Counted from the stretch's first letter, positions 50,666 through 60,431 are shown. The stretch is 64,000 nucleotides of DNA from a bacterium (GCA_021463465.1 JAJTYH010000002.1:1347-65346), one strand, 5' to 3'. Notes: generated by a model not told the origin, from the sequence alone. Numbers and translations: made by a program.

Positions 50666-53266
50666 CTATTCTTCTTTTTTCTCTTTTATATACTTGTATG
50701 TCCCAGCAATGAGTAATAAGAAAAGAATAATAAGCCACCAAAACTCAAATACATTTGCTCTTATTTGCTTTTCAAGCTCTTTATCCTGTTGTGTATTCTC
50801 AGTTTGAGAGGGTGTAGAAGGCGCAGTTGGAGTTGAGATAGGGGATTCAACCTCATTTTCATCGCCATCATCACTTTTTTCTTCGGTATTGTTTATATCA
50901 TTTGAAGCAGTGTAAACAACATCTGGTTCAGATTCACTATTACTATTACTATTACTATTACCATTTCCCTCATTTTCTTCTTCGTTTTCATCGTCTACAG
51001 GCGGTTCTTGAACTGTTGTTACTCCAAGCACACCCTCCGCAGATGTATCTGAAACTTTGTAATAATCGGTACCGGAAATATTAACAACACTTAAACCGAA
51101 ATCTCCTTCGTTCAATGGGATGTTTCCAGTACAGTCACTAGTAATTTCCGATAAGGAATCAACCTCAGGACATATAACCACCCCAGTATTACCAGTCTTT
51201 TTTACAACATAAAGATCGTATACTTCAGATACACCTGGTGCATCAGAAGGGTTGAGACCTTGAATCATTGTTTTTGATTCTGAAGGTAAGGAAATGGGGT
51301 TAACTTCACTCCAATCTCTGTCATCTGATAAATCTACATCAAAATCAGCTACAAGATAGTCACCAAAACTCATCTTAGATTGAATCGAATCAAGACCAGG
51401 AGTAGAAGGATCATAAAATTTAGTGACTAAACTTTCCTCTGTATCAACATTTACGACATCTGAACTAGGTGTTAGATTAAGTATTCTCACGCCCTCAGCA
51501 ATCATATGCACTCTACTACTATTATCATCAGCAACAAGTAAGAAATTTCCAATTGGGTGATATGTAATACCAGAGGGGTTATTAAACTGTGTAATTCCAG
51601 TTCCAAAATCTCCGAATGATTCTATAAAATTCCCTGTACTATCATATTTATGAACTTTATTGCCAAACATATCGACGACAAAAAAGTTGCCGTCAATATC
51701 TTGCGTTATACCACCTAATCTTACTGAACGATTTGTACTACCAGAATCAAAATCTTCAATATATACACCTGTTGAACTAAACTTTTGAATTCTTCCAGTT
51801 TCTGCTCCATCAACTCCTTCATAGTTATCAACCACATAAATATTATCAGCTCCATCTACATATATACTCTCAGGAATCATGAACTCACCATTTCCAGTTC
51901 CTAGTTGACCAAATTGTGAAATATAATTACCGCTTGAATCAAATATCTGCACTCGAGCATTAAAATAATCTGATACAACGATGTTACCATTAGATAATAT
52001 TCCTAGCCCTCGAGCTTCGGCAAACTCTCCATTACCTGTACCACTTGCCCCAAATGAAAAATCTAACGTACCGTCGGAATTAAAAACTTTAACACCACTT
52101 ATGTGACTGATGTAAATCTTATCGGCGTCATCAACTTTCATATGGTAAGCCGCGATTTCTCCAATATCAGAAAAATCTAGAAGTGTGCTTACATAAACTC
52201 CACTTGAGTTATACTTGTTAACTTCGGGTGCAAAAGGTCCATTATAAAGGACTAGGATATCTCCGTTGCTATCTACAGCAACACTAGTAGGAATTGTTAA
52301 CAACCCGTTCTCTGTTCCACTATTTCGATACCCCCATTGAAAGATGCCTAGTGAGTTGAATTTCAAAATTGAATTTAGATTCCAATCAGAAACGTAAATA
52401 TTGTCATCATCGTCAACAGTTAAATACTGTGGAGCCATAAATTCATCTTCACCTGTACCATTTGTACCAAACGAAGAAATCCAAGTTCCATCACTTTCAA
52501 ATCTATGAATTTTAGGGTCATTTTGATCAGTAACTAATAGCTGGCCATTACTAAGTATGGCAATATCTTTTACAGCATTAAAATTACTACCAGAAGCAGT
52601 AGCATCAAAATTAAACATGAAAACCCCGTTTGAATCAAAAACCACAACTCTATGGTTCGAACCATCAGTAACGTAAACATTTCCAGTAGAATCAGTTGTC
52701 AAACCTCCAGGCTCATTTAATTCTCCATTTCCACTTCCAAATGTCCCAAAAGAAGAGATATAAGTACCATCTTTTTCGAAATGTTGAACATTATGCTTGT
52801 TATAATTCGAGATAAAAATTGTATCACTAAACGAGTCCCATACAATCCCTTTTGGGGTGGTAAACTTTTCCTCTTCGGCTCCACAATCACCCCAAGATGA
52901 TAGGTAACCACCGTTTGAGTCTAATATATATACTTTGCAGTCTGATAACACATACAACTTTCCACTACTATCAACTGTCAGACCGATAATTTGACTAGCA
53001 AATTCGCCTTCATTACTCCCACTTCTTCCAACTGTCCTTAGAATCTCTTTAGATTGGTTGATTTTAACCAATCTATTACCAGCATAATCCACATACCAAA
53101 TATTTCCATCGGGAAGAACCGTCAAATCAAAAGGAACCCCAATATTTGTATAAGAGTTGGGAATATTTTGATACGTGTTATAACCAGCGAATGACGTTGA
53201 AACAAGTGTTAGGAATAAAAAGATTGTCCAAAATGTTATTTTTTTAATCACTCCTGATACTACCAA
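50666..53266 (-). CDS. Surface-anchored NHL-repeat beta-propeller protein
   Basis: Signal peptide; about 12 FG..G.G.GEF..P.GI..D...YV.D..N.RV repeats; acidic low-complexity stalk; C-terminal TM and Lys tail. Confidence 0.9.
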   Translation of the reverse strand: MVVSGVIKKITFWTIFLFLTLVSTSFAGYNTYQNIPNSYTNIGVPFDLTVLPDGNIWYVDYAGNRLVKINQSKEILRTVGRSGSNEGEFASQIIGLTVDSSGKLYVLSDCKVYILDSNGGYLSSWGDCGAEEEKFTTPKGIVWDSFSDTIFISNYNKHNVQHFEKDGTYISSFGTFGSGNGELNEPGGLTTDSTGNVYVTDGSNHRVVVFDSNGVFMFNFDATASGSNFNAVKDIAILSNGQLLVTDQNDPKIHRFESDGTWISSFGTNGTGEDEFMAPQYLTVDDDDNIYVSDWNLNSILKFNSLGIFQWGYRNSGTENGLLTIPTSVAVDSNGDILVLYNGPFAPEVNKYNSSGVYVSTLLDFSDIGEIAAYHMKVDDADKIYISHISGVKVFNSDGTLDFSFGASGTGNGEFAEARGLGILSNGNIVVSDYFNARVQIFDSSGNYISQFGQLGTGNGEFMIPESIYVDGADNIYVVDNYEGVDGAETGRIQKFSSTGVYIEDFDSGSTNRSVRLGGITQDIDGNFFVVDMFGNKVHKYDSTGNFIESFGDFGTGITQFNNPSGITYHPIGNFLLVADDNSSRVHMIAEGVRILNLTPSSDVVNVDTEESLVTKFYDPSTPGLDSIQSKMSFGDYLVADFDVDLSDDRDWSEVNPISLPSESKTMIQGLNPSDAPGVSEVYDLYVVKKTGNTGVVICPEVDSLSEITSDCTGNIPLNEGDFGLSVVNISGTDYYKVSDTSAEGVLGVTTVQEPPVDDENEEENEGNGNSNSNSNSESEPDVVYTASNDINNTEEKSDDGDENEVESPISTPTAPSTPSQTENTQQDKELEKQIRANVFEFWWLIILFLLLIAGTYKYIKEKKEE
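50936..50961. repeat. (ACTATT)x4 microsatellite encoding NSNSNSNS
   Basis: Four perfect hexamers plus AC. Confidence 0.85.
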
Positions 53267-53409
53267 AATTATTTAAAAACATCTAATGGCTAGAGTTATT
53301 TTTTATAGGGACAAAGCTTTCGCAGCTTTGCTTAAAAAAGTAAGTCAATCCTATATCTTGTGATATAATAGCCATTTGTAATTTCACACTATGTCTAATC
53401 TTAAAAAGC

Positions 53410-54372
53410 ATGGATGGACCATTTGACAGTATTTTAATAGGAGACTCAATCTATATTGTTGGCCATAAACATCCAGACGTTGATTCAATCGTCTCTGCAT
53501 TTGCATATCAAATATATAGGCACTCAAAAGGAGATTTTAACTATAAAGCAATTAGGTGCGATGAAACAAATGACCTAACCAAATGGCTTTTTAAAAAGTT
53601 TAATACAGAAATCCCTCCATTGATTACTAATATTTCGAATCAACAAGTTGTACTTGTTGATCATACGGATCCGCAACAACGGGCAGATGGTTGGGAATCA
53701 GCAGATATAATTGAAGTCTTAGATCATCACAAACTTAATCTTGAAACTAGTATCCCACCTAAAATCACTATACGTCCTTATGGTTCAACTTCAACATTAA
53801 TTGCACAAAAGTTTCTCGAAACAAGTACAAATATCAAAATGGAGTTGGCTGGACTTATGCTCGGTGCAATTCTTGATGACACCCTCGCACTTAGATCTCC
53901 GATTACTACCGAGACCGATAAAGTATGCGCAGGGAAACTAAGTTCAATTTCAGGTCTAAATGATGTATCAAGCTTTGCAAGAGAGCTATTTTCGGAAAAA
54001 GATAAATGGAAGAAAATGAAGGCCGAGGATATTATTGATTCGGATACAAAATCTTATCTTATTAATGGCGTTTCAGTACAAATTTCACAGGTTGAGACAA
54101 TGGATAATCAACTTTTAGCCAATTCAAAAGGCGAGAAAATTCACGAGATTCTTGAACTTCAAAACAATAAAGATAAAAAGGATTTACGCATTGTGATGCT
54201 AACAGACTTAATACGCAATGATTGCATACTCTATGCAGTAGGGGAAAAGAAGGAATTAATCGAAAAGATTTTCAATGTTAAGCCCAGTAATGAAATGTAT
54301 TTTATTCTTCCTGGTGTTTTATCAAGAAAAAGGCAAGTCGAGGCTCCACTTATACAATATTTATCAAAGTAA
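53410..54372 (+). CDS. ppaC: Mn-dependent family II inorganic pyrophosphatase
   Basis: GHKHPDVDS, LVDH, LDHH, GSTST, ISQVE, GVLSRK. Confidence 0.9.
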   Translation: MDGPFDSILIGDSIYIVGHKHPDVDSIVSAFAYQIYRHSKGDFNYKAIRCDETNDLTKWLFKKFNTEIPPLITNISNQQVVLVDHTDPQQRADGWESADIIEVLDHHKLNLETSIPPKITIRPYGSTSTLIAQKFLETSTNIKMELAGLMLGAILDDTLALRSPITTETDKVCAGKLSSISGLNDVSSFARELFSEKDKWKKMKAEDIIDSDTKSYLINGVSVQISQVETMDNQLLANSKGEKIHEILELQNNKDKKDLRIVMLTDLIRNDCILYAVGEKKELIEKIFNVKPSNEMYFILPGVLSRKRQVEAPLIQYLSK

Positions 54373-54398
54373 CTTCTGTTTCCCTGTCTAACAACTTA

Positions 54399-55262
54399 TT
54401 ATTGTAATATTTCCCGCAGAATACTTTCACGATTACGAACATAATCATAAAACCCTCCAACGAAGTTATACTTACTTTTAATAAATATCATCCACTTTTT
54501 AATAAAAAGTTTCTTTGCTGTTTCATACAAAAAAGAATCATACATATTTACGCTTGTTAACAGTCTTAAGTTGTTAGTGCTAAGCTCAATACTTTCAGAG
54601 TTTTGACCAATTACCATTTGTCTCTCCTCTTGAATTGGCAGGCTTACTCCAATAATATTCCCGAGAAGAATCAATGATTCTTCATGTAATTCGCATATTC
54701 CAAAGAAATTAAGTGTCAAAAGTTTTATTAGTATGCCTATATGTATCAACGATGAACTTCCACTTGTAACTTTTGTCAAAGATAAATCTTGACCACAATA
54801 GTAGGATTCACTACTAGCAAGGTTTAAAATGTATTTTGATGGTTCAAACTTTGAGAGTAAGTATCTGGTTTGCACGTTGTAAAATCTATGTGCAATCTCT
54901 GGTTTTAAAAGATTCTGGACTAAATTTGAATCCAAATGAAAACTTGTATCAAACCATCCATTATCAATTGGATACTTATGTGTATGTTTTAACTGCGAAA
55001 TTGTTCTGTATAAAGGGTTTCGGAACATAGAAAAAACGAACCGACCTTTCGTTATTTTAGGATTATTCCCAAAATGCCCAACTATAAAACGAAATTTGCT
55101 ATTGTAAAGATCATTGATTGCCCTTTCTTTGTCATTACTCAAACTGATTTGTTGCCAATTAAGATATGGATTATATTCACTTTCCTTAAATATACTCCTT
55201 ATAGAAGTATACGTTGATGTACCAGATGTTTTTGGGATATGTAAAAAATAAATCTTTTGCAT
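54399..55262 (-). CDS. Sulfotransferase-family protein
   Basis: FLHIPKTSGTS 5'-PSB loop; RNPLYRTIS 3'-PB motif. Confidence 0.8.
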   Translation of the reverse strand: MQKIYFLHIPKTSGTSTYTSIRSIFKESEYNPYLNWQQISLSNDKERAINDLYNSKFRFIVGHFGNNPKITKGRFVFSMFRNPLYRTISQLKHTHKYPIDNGWFDTSFHLDSNLVQNLLKPEIAHRFYNVQTRYLLSKFEPSKYILNLASSESYYCGQDLSLTKVTSGSSSLIHIGILIKLLTLNFFGICELHEESLILLGNIIGVSLPIQEERQMVIGQNSESIELSTNNLRLLTSVNMYDSFLYETAKKLFIKKWMIFIKSKYNFVGGFYDYVRNRESILREILQ

Positions 55263-55464
55263 TTTACATAGTTCTAATTAAAAGTTAGTCCTAACGAATT
55301 TTACAATACAATAACTTGTTTTAAAAAAGCTATTCATTTTTCACGGAACTACATTCTCAAATAATAACTAAACTCATAATTAATAATTCAGATTGAAAGA
55401 ATCCTTTTGAAAAGTATGATAAAAGAAGCCTAATTGTTCATTTAAGTGTTTCTTAAAGTTGCAG

Positions 55465-55827
55465 TTAGCTTCTGTCTGGAAAAGGAGTTAAAACTCGTAA
55501 ACCATTGTTATCACAAAATTCTTTTGCAAACGGTAGTATTTGTTCTGATGCAGGTTCATGATGCAGATAACTAAAGGTATAGGTAAATCCAGATTGTGTG
55601 TAAAGATTTAAGCTTGTTACCTTAACATCAGCTATCTGCGACTGAAGGCAACATGGGTGTGAGCTAAAACCAACTATACCTAAAGGAATATGTCATTGCA
55701 TTGATGTTCTTAACTCAGATACAGATGTGAAGGCTCCTAGATACTCATGACCTCCATACATGTTTAGTTTATCGCCTACTAACTTTTCGTAGTATTCAAG
55801 ATTGTGGATATTCGTTTCAATAGTCAT
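55465..55827 (-). pseudogene. 120-codon unknown gene with an in-frame TGA at 55693-55695
   Basis: Hand translation MTIETNIHNLEYYEKL...RTSMQ*HIPLGIVGF...PFPDRS; TGATAAAAT 8 nt before the ATG. Confidence 0.6.
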
Positions 55828-56028
55828 AGAGGGCCATTTTATCACAAACACTTATTTGAAAACCATTTATCTCAAATGATTTTTACGTATTTTCAATACA
55901 TCATTACTGCTTAATTTAGCCTAATTATCAAACGTTCATTTTTTAAAAATTAAATTTGATTTTTAATGATGTATTGCATAAATTGAACGAATACAGGAAC
56001 CAATTAGTTTTAAATTACGCTATTTGAA

Positions 56029-57174
56029 ATGACAGATAAAACTCAAAAAGCACTAAATATTTGTATTGATAGTCTTAGAAAATGTTACGAACATAAAGGA
56101 ATTTTAGCAGGAAGGCATCATTTTACTGATTTTTGGGCCAGAGATGCTTTTTTTGCTGCAATGGGTTCACTTAGTATTGGTGATTTTGAAATTGTTAGCA
56201 ATCAAGTTGAAATGTTTTTTTCTTTCCAACGAAATGATGGAATGATTCCATATCGTATTATGCGCAGTCAGTTCTCAGTGAGTAAATATTTAGGGATGAG
56301 TCACAAACTATTTACAAACCCAAAACCGACATACCGTCTAAGATCGATTGGTCCTTATGTGTTGGATGGAACAACTTTAAGCATTTTATTTTGGGCGCTT
56401 TTAATACAGAAAAACCGTATTAATCTAAATTTAGAGAAAAAAGTAAAGAAAGCATTGGAGTTTCTTAAAACTCGAGAACGATATGGGTTACTCTGGGAAG
56501 GCGTTATGACTGAATGGAACGATACTGCTTGGAAACACGGCAACCTACTATATTCCAACATTATTTATTGGAAAATGTATAAAGAGCTTTACAGTGCTTC
56601 AGAGAAGTTCAAACTTCTTAAAGTTGAAGATCTCAAGAACAAAAAAGAATCAATTGAACGGGCTTTAAGAGCTAGATTGTGGAATGGGCAGTATTTTAAC
56701 GACTGGAACGGTTACTTCAAGCATGATTACTTTTATTCCTTTGGTAATTCATTAGCAATTGCCTGGGGCTTAACAACTGATAGCGAAACAGACTCAATTT
56801 TAAGCAAGGCAAAGTCAGCAGTATTTGATTTCACATTGGAATCTAACACCCCGAAATACCCCTGGTGGAGAATTGATATTATTAACCATCTAACTGGAAC
56901 ATCAGACTATCAGAATCAAGGCATACTCTGGATGGCCCCTGCCGCCGCTTATATTATGGCTTTAACAAAGGCAAAGAAGTTCAGGAATCTTTCAATGTTT
57001 ATTGAAAGATTATCAAACAAAATTATTAAGGATGGAACAATTTTTGAAGTGTATGAGAGAAACGGTTTACCTGTTAACAGACTTTTTTACAAATCTGAAA
57101 ATCCTTTTGCTTGGGCCTCCGGGCTTTTAACTGCAGCATTTAATGGTTTTAAACGTCTTGAAGAAGAATCTTAG
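56029..57174 (+). CDS. (alpha/alpha)6 glycoside hydrolase-like protein
   Basis: DFWARDAFF, EWNDT, YQNQGILW, FEVY, FAWASG. Confidence 0.75.
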   Translation: MTDKTQKALNICIDSLRKCYEHKGILAGRHHFTDFWARDAFFAAMGSLSIGDFEIVSNQVEMFFSFQRNDGMIPYRIMRSQFSVSKYLGMSHKLFTNPKPTYRLRSIGPYVLDGTTLSILFWALLIQKNRINLNLEKKVKKALEFLKTRERYGLLWEGVMTEWNDTAWKHGNLLYSNIIYWKMYKELYSASEKFKLLKVEDLKNKKESIERALRARLWNGQYFNDWNGYFKHDYFYSFGNSLAIAWGLTTDSETDSILSKAKSAVFDFTLESNTPKYPWWRIDIINHLTGTSDYQNQGILWMAPAAAYIMALTKAKKFRNLSMFIERLSNKIIKDGTIFEVYERNGLPVNRLFYKSENPFAWASGLLTAAFNGFKRLEEES

Positions 57175-57218
57175 TTATCCTATTGTGAGTAAGCATTTAA
57201 TTTATTAAATTTAACATT

Positions 57219-57722
57219 ATGAGTAGGTTAATTACTTGTCTCTGGTTTATAAATAATAATGGAGAGGAAGCAGTCAATTACTATGTTGAAGCTTTTAATT
57301 CTGCACCTGGCAATCATGTCGCAAAACTAGGAGACATTACAATGGCCCCGAAGGCGTCTGAAGAGGTATCTGGCATTGCCGAAGGGTCTATTATGACAGC
57401 TGAATGCGAACTTGATGGAACAAACTTTATGTTCCTTAACGGAGGTCAAGTTGAACAGTTCAAATTGAATGGTTCAACATCCTTTATTATTGAATGTGAG
57501 ACACAAGATGAAATCGATTTTTTCTGGGAGAAGCTTTCTGCTGCTCCCGAGGCTGAGCAATGTGGTTGGTGTACAGATAAATTCGGCGTAACGTGGCAAA
57601 TTGTTCCAAGAATTCTGGACGAAATGATGAGAGACCCTAAAAAAGCTGATGCTGTAACTGCAGCATTTATGCCTATGAAGAAAATCGACCTCGAGACGAT
57701 TAGGGTTGCGGGTAAGACGTAA
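57219..57722 (+). CDS. VOC / 3-demethylubiquinone-9 3-methyltransferase-like (PhnB family) protein
   Basis: CLWF, FLNGG, CETQDEIDFFW, QCGWCTDKFGVTWQI. Confidence 0.92.
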   Translation: MSRLITCLWFINNNGEEAVNYYVEAFNSAPGNHVAKLGDITMAPKASEEVSGIAEGSIMTAECELDGTNFMFLNGGQVEQFKLNGSTSFIIECETQDEIDFFWEKLSAAPEAEQCGWCTDKFGVTWQIVPRILDEMMRDPKKADAVTAAFMPMKKIDLETIRVAGKT

Positions 57723-57955
57723 GGAAGGACTCCATAAAGTCTTCTTCATACTCACCTGAACATTAATTAATTGATTAAAATGCACCTGATTGCATAGTTG
57801 GTTATGGATGTAGTTTTACTCTTGCTAAAGATCTTCCACATTAAAAGACGCAAGTGCAACTCTTTGATTTATCTGCTTAAGTGAAAACATAAACAAATAA
57901 TCGTTTTTTGGTATCATCCTTGTAGTGATAAGTTCAATATCGGCTCTATTTTATT

Positions 57956-58504
57956 ATGACAGCAGAAACAACATTTGAAGTAAGTGGCCAGCAATTTGAA
58001 TTAGGACTTCTTGAATTAAAGGATGTAGAAGATTTAGTTGAAGTCGCCAGACAGTGGGTAAGAAATAGACATACAGGACAAGTAGAAGAAGTGGAACTTG
58101 CCGAAATTAAAAGCAGAATGCTATCAAGTTTACAATCTCAAGAATACAGATACTTTGTAATACGAGATAATGAAAGCAAAGCAATAGGTTGTTGTGCAAT
58201 AAGAGAACCAGAAGAAGCAATGCAACAATACAAATCATCGCCTGATAGAAAAACCTCTGAATTTGTAAATGTGTTTCTAGACAGCAAACACAGAGGTTTA
58301 GGACTAGGGTATAGACTTATGAACTATATGTTTGAAAAAGCGAAAGAGTTGGGTCAAGAAGAAGTTATATGGAATAGTGGACCAAGATACAAAAATAGTG
58401 CTTGGGACTTTTATAACAAATTAGCTGGTGAACCTATTTTTGTTGCAAAAGAATTTTACGGTAAAGATGGGGATGCTCCAATTTGGAAAAAAGTAATTTC
58501 TTAA
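57956..58504 (+). CDS. GNAT acetyltransferase
   Basis: FLDSKHRGLGLG motif A, AWDFY. Confidence 0.88.
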   Translation: MTAETTFEVSGQQFELGLLELKDVEDLVEVARQWVRNRHTGQVEEVELAEIKSRMLSSLQSQEYRYFVIRDNESKAIGCCAIREPEEAMQQYKSSPDRKTSEFVNVFLDSKHRGLGLGYRLMNYMFEKAKELGQEEVIWNSGPRYKNSAWDFYNKLAGEPIFVAKEFYGKDGDAPIWKKVIS

Positions 58505-58894
58505 AATAGCGCTACTATTACAGATTTTTCAACAAAGACAGACGAATATCAATTAAGTGCATTTTCCTTTCCAGAAGTATCAGAGATTAGAAGTTTTGCT
58601 ATTGAGTTAGCACTAAAGTCGGGTCTTTTTAACCCAAAAACTGATGTATGGTTAGAAAGAATACAAACAAGGTATTTAGATACTGGCCAAAGATTGGGAG
58701 AGACAACTGGAGGTGATGCTCTTTTATCACTTATTAAGAGAGCAACCTTTCTACGGAATAGGAGAGTTGTGTGTTTAGTAACAAGTTTATCTGCAGTAAT
58801 TGATACTGAGAAACTACTTACGTTTTACCTTAAGAATGGATTTAGCCTCAGTGAAATAGAAGGTGTTACTTTCGCATATTTAGATATTCAATAG
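58505..58894 (+). pseudogene. Second GNAT-like domain, in frame after the TAA of 57956-58504
   Basis: 129 open codons: VWLERIQT...GQRLG...LLSLIKRA...LLTFYLKNGF; no ATG. Confidence 0.5.
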
Positions 58895-59099
58895 CTAAAT
58901 GATTGGTTTTGTTATACTTGTAGGATATTTTACATTAAACTTCATGACAAACTTCAGTTTCAAAAAAAATATGTTGATTGATTTCGTTATACAAGTGATA
59001 GATGAATAACTGAGCTGGAATTATAATTATTTATCGTTTTGAAAAAGAAAGTAGAACACAACAGAGAATGTATTGGCAAACTAAGCGAATAATTCAAAT

Positions 59100-60059
59100 A
59101 TGAAAACTGTTTTAACAAAATCCGGAAAAGAGCTCTCTCCGATAGGAATAGGCACATATGGGATTGGCGGGAGAGGGCATCGTGATGTAAAGCTAAAAGA
59201 TAAGAAGGACGAATCAATATATGTACCGGCAATAATCACTCAATTACAAACAGGCTATAACTTTTCGGAGATATCTCTGGGGTATGGCCACGGAAAATCT
59301 GCTGAATATTTTGCACGTGCAAGACGAGAGAGTGGAATTGAAAGGGACGAGCTTTTCCTTACCAATTCAATATACCCAAGAGATATTTTGGATTTAAAAG
59401 TGTTAAAAGAAGATGTAGAGAAAATGTATGAAATATTCGAAACAGACTACTTCGATTCAACACTTGTGACACAATCATTAATTGTTAAATTTGGGTATGA
59501 GCAGGTGATAAAGATGCTTTGGGATCTTCTAAAGAAGAACAGAACCAGATATGTTACTCTTTCAAACTCAAATAAGAAACTAATCAAACAATTCCACGAT
59601 GAATTTAAGGGAAGTTTCTTTGCTCATGAAACTCACATCAGCTATGAAATTAGACTATGTCAAGATGAAGGTATCTTTGACCTCTCAAACAAACTCGGTC
59701 TACAAACCATTATTTGGAGACCCTTGCGACAAGGTTTGACAGCACAACACAACTGGGAGCTTCTACTTAAACTCTCTGAAAAGTATGGTAAAACTCAAAA
59801 TCAAATTGTACTCAACTGGATGATGTCACTCGGTTTTAAGCCAGAAGTATTTTCAACATCGATTACTCATATAAAAGAGAATTGGGAAGCAATGCAATTT
59901 GAACTTACAAAAGATGATTATGACGCGATAACAAGGCACCGAATACCAAACTACTCTCCACCAAAGATTAACTGGGATAATATGGGAAATGGGGATAGTA
60001 TCGTCCTGCCTGTTATGAATTTTGAAGAGGATTACAAGAAACCTACTCAGAATCAATAG
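59100..60059 (+). CDS. Aldo/keto reductase-like protein, degenerate active site
   Basis: IGIGTYGIG, RDELFLT, WRPL, KYGKTQNQIVLNW, HIKEN. Confidence 0.8.
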   Translation: MKTVLTKSGKELSPIGIGTYGIGGRGHRDVKLKDKKDESIYVPAIITQLQTGYNFSEISLGYGHGKSAEYFARARRESGIERDELFLTNSIYPRDILDLKVLKEDVEKMYEIFETDYFDSTLVTQSLIVKFGYEQVIKMLWDLLKKNRTRYVTLSNSNKKLIKQFHDEFKGSFFAHETHISYEIRLCQDEGIFDLSNKLGLQTIIWRPLRQGLTAQHNWELLLKLSEKYGKTQNQIVLNWMMSLGFKPEVFSTSITHIKENWEAMQFELTKDDYDAITRHRIPNYSPPKINWDNMGNGDSIVLPVMNFEEDYKKPTQNQ

Positions 60060-60086
60060 GAAAAGCCTTAAATATCCGACGGATCT

Positions 60087-60117
60087 GTTTGATTAATCAA
60101 ACTTTATAGTATAGAAT
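60087..60117 (+). promoter_or_regulatory. Sigma70-like promoter overlapped by a 16-bp palindrome
   Basis: TTGATT(60089)-N17-TAGAAT(60112); GTTTGATTAATCAAAC at 60087-60102 is a perfect palindrome. Confidence 0.6.
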
Positions 60118-60142
60118 CCAGCACTTTCACAAGGAGGTTGTG

Positions 60143-60250
60143 ATGAAAACAAAGAAGAGAGAGCAAGAAAAGAAGACGGGAAAGGGAGGAGGAAGGCAGA
60201 AACAAACGAGAGAAAAGAAAAGGAGGAAAGGCTGGATAAATCGTAAGTAA
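60143..60250 (+). CDS. 35-aa Lys/Arg-rich micro-protein
   Basis: SD AAGGAGGT at 60131; MKTKKREQEKKTGKGGGRQKQTREKKRRKGWINRK. Confidence 0.55.
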   Translation: MKTKKREQEKKTGKGGGRQKQTREKKRRKGWINRK

Positions 60251-60283
60251 TCACGAAATCTAAAAAGAAAGGAGGTGAGGGAG

Positions 60284-60370
60284 TTGGCCCAAACCAAAAA
60301 AGAGAAGAAAAAAAAGGAAAAGGGGAAGCAGAAACCGACCGCTAAAACCAACGGCAAGAAAGGACACTAG
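60284..60370 (+). CDS. 28-aa Lys-rich micro-protein, TTG start
   Basis: SD AAGGAGGTGA at 60269; MAQTKKEKKKKEKGKQKPTAKTNGKKGH. Confidence 0.55.
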   Translation: MAQTKKEKKKKEKGKQKPTAKTNGKKGH

Positions 60371-60387
60371 TCCCATTCTGCCTCCAA

Positions 60388-60431
60388 AAGTGGGCTTATT
60401 CAGATTCAACATCACATGAGTAAGCCCACTT
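60388..60431 (+). terminator. 15-bp stem hairpin after the micro-ORFs
   Basis: AAGTGGGCTTATTCA...TGAGTAAGCCCACTT with one G-U pair; T5 run about 6 nt later. Confidence 0.55.

Noticed and set aside
53391-53412. Out-of-frame upstream ATG suggesting a ppaC frameshift
   Set aside because: ppaC has all family motifs from ATG 53410, so no shift is needed.
55693-55695. Selenocysteine at the in-frame TGA
   Set aside because: No redox motif around it, no evident SECIS hairpin, no sel genes in the window.
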